This document shows positions 15,201-27,200 of a stretch of 64,000 nt of DNA, piece after piece; the stretch's first letter is position 1, and every line of letters starts with the position of its first letter. The notes beneath the pieces are model-generated. The model was not told the origin of the DNA and did no database searches. It was given only the letters and a program-made list of their open reading frames with translations. Source of the DNA: Antedon mediterranea. Taxonomy: Eukaryota; Animalia; Echinodermata. The stretch is from NCBI RefSeq assembly GCF_964355755.1, contig NC_092674.1, positions 18,910,001 through 18,974,000 of the forward strand, in the 5' to 3' direction. The translations under genes were made by a program, and so were the position numbers.

Positions 15201-18200
15201 AGGCCTAGCCTAGCTTCACCCAACCTAGCAGACTTGTTCTTGGCTATATAATATAATAGATATCGCCTTTTATATCGGTAAAATATAAGATTTAACATCC
15301 CCTCGGGATGATATTATGTTCTCGGGGAATTATATATATCCCTCAGCTGCCGCTTCGGGATATATATATTCCCTTGAACATAATATCATTCCCTCGGGGA
15401 TGTCAAATCTTATATTTCACCTCTAAGCAGAAAATATCTGTATAATAATACACAGTTCAGTGTACAAATTGGTTTAGGCAGCTTTACAAATTATCTGAAC
15501 AAGGTTTACCTATGAAGTTGTATATACTGTCTAGGTTTATTAAGCAGATGTAAAAACCTATCAATGACTTTATTCTTGCCAACACCTTGGTTTCCAATTA
15601 ACAGTAAATGTTCACCCAAAAGAAAATCTTTCAACATATCTTCCATTATTGAAAGGTGCTGAAATATCAATTCGATAGTGTTACTACAGTACATTTATTC
15701 AATTTAAATACAAAATTATTCTTTCGATTGAAAAAAATCAAACTTACAATGAATAATAAATACAACACATACAAAGACAAAAGTCAAAAACAACTGGTTA
15801 GAACATAAATACATTTATCCAAAAAGGTTTTAACAATAACTTTCAGTTTATAAGCATAATAAATGTATATGTGTGTAATGGCTCAAGTTCTACAATGGCA
15901 TAATTTAATGTAGATGCTTACCTGGGAATTTTCATAAAATAGTGTATCTGGTACCATCATTTGATTGTCAGGTGAGCTCACAGGTATGGTGGTAGTACCA
16001 ATACGTACAATATTATTTGTTACCTCACCTGAAAAATACAGTAACAAATCTAAATGTTTGTATATTAATTTCCTGAAAAAGAGTTTTATAATACTAAATA
16101 AAATACTAAATGCTATTAGAAATCACAAAACGATTATATTGGGATTTATATACATGATTGTTTGCAGATTAAATTATATATTACATATTGCTTGTTTTTG
16201 ACCTAATTTATTTTCACACTATTATTAGATAAAACGGAAAAAAAAATCTTGAATCATCAACATTGGGCAAATTGATTAATTGGTGAATGTGTAGACCTAG
16301 CCTGGCCCTTTCCTTTGATACTCACATGATATAGCAGTTTTCATGTCAATATCAGTAGGCCTTGGATGCATTCCTGCATCCTCCAATGCCTTGTCTAATG
16401 CCTGATGTGCCAGTTGAGGTAAAAATCTGAATTAATGTAAAAGAAATTAAAATGAATTGAAAATTGATAAGGAATATATTCAAATATACAATTCATATAA
16501 AAATTGAAAACTAGAATTGCTATTAAATTCTTTTTCATCACAGAATCACCTTTTTTTTGGTTAGATATTTTTATTAAATATTGGTCATATTAAATGATTT
16601 CCTTACTAAAGGAAGACACACCATTATACAAATTATTTGGGTATTACTGGAAATTTTAGTTGAAATCTAACTATTTTGTAGATTTTTAATTTGATTTTGT
16701 TTTATTATACCTTTTAACCATTTCATGATTTACTTTTAAAATGGTTGTACATAATGAAAAAATATTCATATTCCTGGATTACTCAATCTGGTGTAAAATG
16801 GACATTTATCCGAATAGGTTTATTTTAAGATCAGCAGCCAGGTAAAATGTCTATGCATTTAGAGTTCTGCAATTATTGCTATACAAGGCCAGGTGAGAAA
16901 ATAAAATTCTTAGTTGGTTAAGAACTGTCAATACCTGGAAAGATTAGCTTTATTAACAGCATAATGTAGGCAATCATTTGGATGAGTTGACAGACGCCTT
17001 GCTATCCTAACAAGATTCCTTGTTGATAAAGATGATGACAGTGACTGCAACTAGAGATTAATAGAAAATGTACAGTATTTAGTTTTACGCATTTTTATCT
17101 TATTTTAAATTCTGAATTGTAACCGCATTTTACAACAGTTTTTGTGCAATAATGTGTGTGTATTCTATATATTAATTTTTGTTTATATTATATATACATC
17201 TGTATTTTATCTTACTAATATTTGCCAATCTTCAAGAAAAATTTCTATTGTTATTGTATGATAATGGATAAAAGCATTTCAGTATTCAGTATATGTCATT
17301 GTCATGAAATCTTATTCTGGATATTCATTGAGAACTTCCACTGCATTGTTATTATTCGAAAATTAGACTTAGTATCATTAGTAATTTAACAGGAAATTAA
17401 ATTGGTAAATTAATATCTAATAAAGCTCAAAAGTTGAATAAATATTAAGTACAATCAATTTACATTTTACATAAAATAAACTAGTGCTATAAACCAACAT
17501 ATGCTATAAATTAGTTCCACCCACATTATGGTCACTGCAGAGGAGTAAAGCATAGTGTATTCTATAATAAATTACAGAATGTAGGAGGTATGCTGACTGT
17601 GAGTGTGAGGTGAATTCTTGAGTGAGGAACTGTGATTCTAGTAAACAAACACTTAACTTACTGTAGGATCTGTTGCATTTCTCAGACGATGTGAGAAGTT
17701 AAGCAACTGCTCTAGACTAGCTTCATGAAATCCAGGAACCTACAATATTTACAAAATAAACAATGACAATCATTGAAAGATTTACTTAATTACATCCATG
17801 TTTTGATATGTTGAAAATATGAGAGCAAATAAAAAAGTAGGAGAGCATTATTTATTATAAAATAGGAATTACAAAATAATGTAGCTGCTATAAAACAGAG
17901 AAAGAAGCTTAAACAAAGTAAAGGATCCAAAACACAAGTTGTTGAGTTATATCTTAGTAACAAAGTAAAGGATCCAAAACACAAGTTGTTGAGTTATATC
18001 TTAGTAACAAAGTAAAGGATCCAAAACACAAGTTGTTGAGTTATATCTTAGTAACAAAGTAAAGGATCCAAAACACAAGTTATTGAGTTATATCTTAGTA
18101 ACAAAGTAAAGGATCCAAAACACAAGTTGTTGAGTTATATCTTAGTAACAAAGTAAAGGATCCAAAACACAAGTTGTTGAGTTATACCTTAGTAACAAAG

Positions 18201-21200
18201 TAAAGGATCCAAAACACAAGTTGTTGAGTTATATCTTAGTAACAAAGTAAAGGATCCAAAACACAAGTTGTTGAGTTATATCTTAGTAACAAAGTAAAGG
18301 ATCCAAAACACAAGTTGCTGAGTTATATCTTAGTAACAAAGTAAAGGATCCAAAACACAAGTTGTTGAGTTATACCTTAGTAACAAAGTAAAGGATCCAA
18401 AACACAAGTTGTTGAGTTATATCTTAGTAACAAAGTAAAGGATCCAAAACACAAGTTGTTGAGTTATATCTTAGTAACAAAGTAAAGGATCCAAAACACA
18501 AGTTGTTGAGTTATATCTTAGTAACAAAGTAAAGGATCCAAAACACAAGTTGTTGAGTTATATCTTAGTAACAAAGTAAAGGATCCAAAACACAAGTTGT
18601 TGAGTTATATCTTAGTAACAAAGTAAAGGATCCAAAACACAAGTTGTTGAGCTATACCTTAGTAACAAAGTAAAGGATCCAAAACACAAGTTGTTGAGTT
18701 ATATCTTAGTAACAAAGTAAAGGATCCAAAACACAAGTTGTTGAGTTATATCTTAGTAACAAAGTAAAGGATCCAAAACACAAGTTGCTGAGTTATATCT
18801 TAGTAACAAAGTAAAGGATCCAAAACACAAGTTGTTGAGTTATACCTTAGTAACAAAGTAAAGGATCCAAAACACAAGTTGTTGAGTTATATCTTAGTAA
18901 CAAAGTAAAGGATCCAAAACACAAGTTGTTGAGTTATATCTTAGTAACAAAGTAAAAGATCCAAAACACAAGTTGTTGAGTTATTTCTTCAATAATTGCT
19001 ATCATATCATCTATTTATATTCATTTTATTTTTGCTCCCTAAGCTTTTATCATGAATTGGTACTTAAAATAAAAGGAATTAAAAAGTGAAATTTCACATT
19101 TCATACATTTATTTAAAAAAATGTAGACAACTAAGATTGTATTTTATACAAATTTTCTATTCTATAAAGAATAATAGCAAAAGTATCCAGATATTCAGTG
19201 CCCATCCCGCCAAATGTGCAATTTCTCGATATTGATTTGGATGAAAATAAAAATCAGATAATGCATACATTTACATTTTTGGCTTTACATTTATATATTA
19301 GACCTACTTCAGTTTAGTTAAGGCCTTACTTTACTAAGAAGGTGATTCCTGATATTTGTAAATGTTTAATTTGAGCACGCTTCCCTAGATTTAATATGAT
19401 CAATACGTACTTTGTATAGTACCTAACTTCATTGCATAGGATAGTACACAGGAGGTATTATTAGTCTATAATTTATTCTTCTAGGTACAAATTCTAGAAG
19501 ATGTGACTGGGTCTAGGCCTAATATAAAAGCCACATGTCAGGTTTCGTTTTGTTTTGTTTCGTAAGATTTATTCAACCAAAAAACATATTATTTAACATA
19601 AATATTAAACATTTTAACATAACATTTCTACTTTTTTTTTTTGGCTGGGATCTGGTATAGAAGTATTAAACTTGTCTCAATCAGACCCCTAACAAAACAA
19701 ATATTAGAAATAGTTTAATAAGGAAAAAGGTATACGCCTTATTTAGACTTCAAATTAAATAACCTGAGAAGGTTATACAATATTTAGATTTGGTTAATCT
19801 AACAAGTGGTACAAGTATCTTAGGCCCTGTTCAGACCCATGGCGTTAGACCGTTTTAGCGTACAACGTTACTATCAAGGTCACGTTACAAACCGCAGAGA
19901 AAAAAACGAGGTGTTCAGACCCATAGCGTACGATTATCGTTACAACGGAAGTACGTCATCCAGGTTGTTTCTAGTTGCATATTCACGTGCTCTTACTGTG
20001 ATATAAAGATATACTTTTATATTTAAGAAATTGACCTTTGTATCGGAATTCAGATAGGTTCACAAAGTTGACCCAGAAAGTCCGAAGGAGAGTTTGTCCA
20101 GATGTTTTAATGACCATTTAGTTTATAATAGAATCCCTAAAGAAAACACTTAGCTTAACTTTGCGACCGTTCCCATCGTAAAACAATTAGATTCTGACAG
20201 TTTTAAGCAGAGATTTGACAGGGCCAATTCATCATTGTAACCTCCCCAGATAAGATCAATCACTCCCACTTAAACACCCCTGGATCAACTTAGGACCAAT
20301 CGTTACCCTCACAGATTACGTAGTGACATATGCAAATGAACTGAGCCAATATACTCCCAAGTTTCAGAAGGGCCCAGACACATCTTACAACCACGCCACG
20401 GAACACACACCTTACAACCACTTCTCCAGAAGCAGACCTACACACACCACACCTCACTGACAGCATCATTGAATGTCCGTTCCTTATGTATACTTATAGT
20501 TGTATATTGTACTGAAGTATTATACAGAATAAATAATATATGTGTTACGACAGTCAAGCGAGTAAGAGTCCTTCATTAGTACCTCAACAACCCAAACATT
20601 ATATTACATGGTGGAAGACCCAAATTTCATAAGGAACGGAGTGAGAAAACAAGAAATAAACACTTAACAAGACACGAAGACGAAGACGAAGACAAAAATA
20701 ACCATATTTGTTTGAAAGGAGAGAAATTTACTTTGACTCAAAAGACAAGCTGAAATTATATTTGAATGAGATCGAGACAAGCAGAAATTTGATCAAATTA
20801 TTACCATTGGATGAAGACAAAAAAGATAATCGAGGAAGACACAAAAGACAAGCTGAAATTATATTTGAATGAAATCGAGACAAGCAGAAATTTTATAAAA
20901 TTATAACCATTGGATAAAGACAAAGAAGATAATCGAGGAAGACCCAAGAAGAATCAAAACAGAAGCAAGCGGACAAGAACTGTTTCGTTTAGAGACTTTC
21001 AACTTCACGCCGTTTTTTTTCGATCGTTTTTTTTACATTTACCTTTTTTGAACATTGATGAACACCTTTCGCATTTTTTTAATTCGTTGTTTGAAAATTT
21101 GAACATTGATGAGCACCTTTAACATTTCTTTAATTCGTTGTTTGAACATTTAGACATTTTTGAACACTTTTTGCATTCCTTTAATTCATTTTTAATTGGA

Positions 21201-24200
21201 TCCGAAGCATTTGGGGTAAGTCAAAACCATTTTGATTTTGATTTGTAACCTTGATTGAAAAAGTGAGAGTTTACATATACACTAAATTGTTTTTGATATT
21301 TGATTAATAATTAATATTATAAAGTATGGTCGACGTTGTTGATAACGAAGTAATTTTAAATGAGCCCGTCAATCCTCACCCCGTGCCCCACCTAAGACAA
21401 ACCGATTTCCTTCCCAAAAGATATGACGGTTCCATAACCGATCACGACCAATGTAGTGCACATTACTTATCGTTTACCGACTACCTTGAGGCCCACACGT
21501 TAGAAAACCCTGTAAACAATGCCCAATTAATTAATGTAATAAGTATTTTTAAACGTAGCCTTCAGGGCCAAGCTAGACTCTGGATTGAGGGAAAGCAGTT
21601 CGATTCACTAGAATCCTTAAAAACCCAATTCATCAACAGGTTTAGTAAAAACAAATCAATCTATGCGCACATAAGAGAATACGATTCAATTACATACACC
21701 ACTGGCGACAACGCCGAAAAGCACTTAACCAAAATCAAACAAGCCGCAGACAGAATTGGATACGCTGACCAGCAGATAAAGAATAAATTTATTTCGACCC
21801 TTCCACCAAAATGTAGAGCAGCTGTAGCCATGTCCACCCCAATCGATTCCACTATTGAAAATATTGTAAATAGCACACAAAATTACCTTGACCTTTCCGT
21901 AGATGATGCCACACGGGAAGTTTCATTCAATATCAATAAGGAAACAGATAGGCCTAATAGTCTCGAATCGCTCCAACATGAGATAAATTCTCTCAAGTTA
22001 GACATGGCCACAACAAAACGATCCCTTAATGATGATACTCGACGCTCACGTTCCCCCACCCGAAATTATATCCCAAGACGAAACCGAAGCCCAAGCCCAT
22101 ACAAACCCCGATTCCAGACCCCACCGACCCCAAGATATAGACAACCTCCCCCAACCTGTTATTACTGCGGGAAACCAGGCCACATAGCAAGGCACTGCCG
22201 ACAACAAAACCGCTCTTACGGAAACTATCCCCCGCCATACCCATACCAACAGTCAAACAATTACTACCCTAGCCACCAGCAGGATTTTTAAAAAGGGGAC
22301 TAGATGCCGCCTATAATCTGGCCCCCCATACTAAATACGACAATTTTAAGGCAAAATACTTAGGAAATTCAGATAATATTGATTTGTTACTTAACGACAG
22401 AAATTACGTTAAAGGAAATTTACCAGATGGTAGAAATGTTTTAACTTTATTTGACAGTGGTTCAACTAGAACTATAATCTCACAATCGTACGTTAATTCC
22501 TCACTTTATTTATCGCGTTTAAAGCCAGTTAAAGTGAACACAACCAAATTTCGATTAGGTAACGGTGACTTCTTATATGCCAACCACTTAGTGCAATTCG
22601 AATTATTTATCCAAGGACACAAATTTAAAATTTCAGCATTAATCGTTAAAAATTTGACAGGTATTGACCTGATACTTGGAACCGAAACATTGTCTGAACT
22701 CGACGGTACTTTAAATTTTAAGGAAAACACATTTCGCATTAGACCAAAGATTTTTAGCTTTCGTCCAGTACACAAGATTTTTCTTAAACCCGGTGATACT
22801 AAAACAGTTAAATTAAAAGGAAGGGTTCCCGCCTTTGTACGCAATTCCGATGTTGTTCTACATGCAACCACCCATATTTCAAAACTTTGTCCATCAGATA
22901 TGTTAGTAAAATTACACAGAGGAGAAACCAACATTGATATCACTAACAACACAAACAGAAACGTATCTCTAAATACACATCAACCTATCGCGAGCCTTCA
23001 CTTAACCAACCTTGTAACAGTTACTAACGACCTACCAATTGATAGAATAAAGTTGACCAATGACAACGCAAATAAGTACCCACATTTAGAACGTACAGAC
23101 CCATTGCTATCTTTAACCGAGGAAGAAATAATTAGAAAACAAGTTGATTTAACAGACAGCGTTTTAACACATAGAGAAAAAGAAGATTTGTATAAAACCT
23201 TACAACAAAACAGAAACGCATTTTCACTTTATGGTGAACTATCTAGCTGCCCAAACTTCAAAGCCGACATACACCTCTCTGACGATGAACCATTTTTTAT
23301 TCGCCCATACTTCGCGACAGACAAAGACAAAAATGTTATTGAGGCCGAATTGAACAAATTAGTCAAACTAGGAATCTTAGCAGTAGGACACCAATCGTAT
23401 ACTTCCCCTGTCCTTCTTGTTTCAAAGAAAAATTCAAAAGATAAAAGAGTTGTCACAGACTTCCGCTATCTAAATTCCAGGATAAAACGTATTAATCACC
23501 CATTCCCATTATTAGCCGAAACTTTGAAAACAATAGGTAACGCTAATGCACAGATTCTTAGCGTAATTGATTTGAAATCAGCGTTCCACTGTGTACCATT
23601 AGCCGAACATGCCCAACAATATACAGGTATAGCTTCATATCATGGTGGAAAACATTATTATTATAAGAGATTAGCACAAGGATTAAACGTTTCACCAGGT
23701 ATATTTCAAGCAAAGATTGACGAAATTTTAAATGAAATCCCAAATTCTAGAGAATTCTGTATCGCCCATCATGATGATATCATTTTATTTAGCCAAGACA
23801 AATTTGCTCATAAGCAGCACCTTGTTTCCGTTTTACAAGCCCTACAATTAAATGGTTTTAGAATTTGCCCAAAGAAATGTAAGTTATTCAAGAATAAAGT
23901 GCAATATATGGGACACACCATCCTGATTAATTCTTCAGGACACGCATGTATCACACCATTAGGCGACAGGTGTGCAGCTATCCGAAATTTGCCAGTCCCA
24001 CGAACCCATAAAGAAACTAAACGATTTATTGGTGCAGTAAATTATGTATCCCATTTTTTCCCTCAAATACAATCAATTTTACGTCCGTTACACACACTCG
24101 CAAGCAAACGCCGAAAATTTGTTTGGTCTACTGACCACCAGAAAGCATTTGACGAAATTAAACAATTAATGGTTAAACCACCTACTCTTCAAATGCCTAG

Positions 24201-27200
24201 AAAAGAAGGTAGATTTACGCTATATAGCGACACTTCAAGAACCGCAACAGGTTCATATTTAACACAAACAGTAAACGATAAAGAACACATAATAGGTTAT
24301 TATTCCAAAATCTTACCACAAGCCTGTCAACGATATAGCGTCACAGAATTAGAGTTATTTGGACTTTACATTAACGTTTCAGCATTTCGACACTTACTAA
24401 AGGGTTGCGAATTTGATGCATTCGTAGACCACTCAGCAATTGTACAAATTTGGAATTCAAAAGATCAGCCATGTACACCCCGTTTACAGAAACTAATATT
24501 ACGATTGTCCGGATACATTTTCCAAATTGGTTATAAGAAAGGAACTGAATTAGTTTTAGCAGATTTCCTCTCCCGAGCCCCTCGTGATGACGATTCCGAA
24601 ATTGATCAAGTTGTACCCATTGCATTTAATATTACAGAGACTGCATCTCTTAACCCGATTACAAACACATCTACTAGCAGACCAGTAACAAGGTCATACG
24701 CCAAGAAAATGGGAATAAATATACCTGACCTACATAAACCCAAACCCAAACAAACGCCTGTCATTAATCAAAACCCAGTGACAACAAACACGCGACCTAC
24801 ACCTCAACCTTCCACTACACCACAGATAATCACGAGACAACAAACAAACGCACATCGATCACCGCCTATCATAACGCCACCTATCGCAACACCACCCCCA
24901 ATACGTAATGTAAACATTCGACAACCTCCAGAGGAACGACTAGTAGACAAAAATAAACAAAGCAAAGACACTACACATCGAAATGTACCAGTTGAATTGT
25001 ATACATCGCCCAAACCACTAGTACCAAACATAACTGAATTTAAGTCAGCACACATCCCAAAACAACAAGACTTAGATAGATTAATGGATGTTATTCAAAG
25101 AAAGATAATTAGAGATTATAACCTCCCAGTAGATGTTAAACAATTACGTGTTGAACAAGAAACTTCACCATTTTTTAAGCCAGTTTACGATTATTTAGTT
25201 CATGATATCCTTCCAGCTGATAAGAAAGCAGCTCGTGCAGTTCAGAATAAGTCAGAGCAGTACATATTGTGCAACGGTTTACTATTCCGTTTATTTTTCC
25301 AAGATAAAGGTGGAGAATTTGTATTGCAATTAGCTGTTCCTGAAAACTTAGCAGAGACTGTTATTTCTCAGTATCACGACAATTTGTTAAGTAGCCACCA
25401 AGGTACGATGCGTACTTACCTTACTATTAGGAAATTATTTTACATGCCTCTTATGTTCGAGAAAGTCAACAATTATACCCAAGCGTGTCTTAGATGTCAA
25501 CAATTTCGTCCCAAAACCGATAAATTACGTCCTTTACACGATCGAGTACCAGCAACTTACCGTCCCTTTCATACACTCAGTCTAGATTTTAAGAGTATGC
25601 CAACATCGCCTTCAGGTTTTAAACATATTATGGTAGTATGTGATGAGATAACTAGATTTTTGATTTGTGTACCTTTGAAATCCATTGATGCCGAAACAAT
25701 TTGTGAAGCACTAATTCAAAAGGTCATCAGTATTTTTGGACCCCCATCTCGTCTTATTTCAGATGCAGCAACCTCCCTTACAGGAAAATTATTAACACTA
25801 TTATGTAACACCCTTAATATTGATAGGAAAATCATCAGCGTCCACAATCACGGTAGTTTACAAGTTGAACGTCATATCCGCACCGTATCGGACCTGTTAA
25901 AAGTGAACCTTAACCAATTCGGAACAGATTGGGTTAGATTTGTATCAACAACATGTTATGCCTATAACTCGTTTTCATCCCCACATCTAGGAAACCACTC
26001 CCCTTACGAATTAGTTTTTGGCCGCCAACCTCCAAGTTTGACCTCATTAGCATTTAACCCTATTTCAGGATTGTCTCATTCCTATGAAGAATACTTTGAA
26101 CATCTCAAGAAGAAATTTCAAAACATTTCACAGACAATGCTACAATTACAGCGAACACAACAAAACGTCCAAAACTCAAAAATTTCCCAACGCTTAGAAA
26201 AATGTCCAATTTACTCAGTAGGACAACTCGTATATTTATACAAGCCAACATCATCATCACTAACGGCAAATTCAAAGAAAATCGCCGCAGAATGGGTCGG
26301 ACCATTAGTGATCCATGAAGTACTAGACAGAACACACTACATCCTAGCGACGATTAAAGGAGAAATACTTCGCGACGTATTCAATTATAACAGACTGAAA
26401 CCCTGTTTTATGAGAACACCCAAAGAACGCAAAAATTTTACACATCTCCAAAAACTTAAACAATTGTTGAATGAACCCACCGATGATAATAACGATAAAA
26501 TCCAAAACACCATTAATGTAGTAAATGACGAAACCAATGTTGAATTTGTAGACGAACATGATAGGACACCCACCCAATTGCAATCAGATACCCTTACACA
26601 TCCAACTAAAGTAGAACCCCTTAACTTTCAACCTTACATTGACTGTGTAGAGAATAACATGGGATTAGCAGCCCCATTCCAAATGAAAGAAGAACAAATC
26701 AAGGAACAAACTAATCTAATTATGACAGCACCTAATGATTCAATTATGACATTAAACCGAGGTAGATTTAAAGCAGGACATTTCCAAGTTTTAGTTTCGT
26801 ATTCTAAACCGACTTCAGCCAAACGCAACACTGATGAAACAAAACACGAATCTAATGATCGCCAATTTTGGTGGAATATTGACAGATATAACGATACAGA
26901 TAAATTGATTAAAGAGATCATTAATGATAAACAGATACCGATAAGTGGATCGCCAAAACGATTCATAAAACGTTTGTATAATGCAACGAATTACTGATTT
27001 AATTTTTTTGCAAGATTATTTTTAAATTACGACATTTGCTAAATTAATGATAGCATAGTCTACGTATTTTTGATGAGATTTGTTAAGTAATGATGTGATT
27101 TCAGTTAAAAGAGAATTGAATTTATGATTAAGTATTGATTTTGTAACGAGTTTGATAATGATTAATTTTGAATTTTGAATGATCGATATATTGAGATATT

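Noticed and set aside
17912-18984. Regular arrays as CRISPR (also 45724..45919, 47220..48043)
   Set aside because: Contiguous identical units without unique spacers, no cas genes, eukaryotic intron context.
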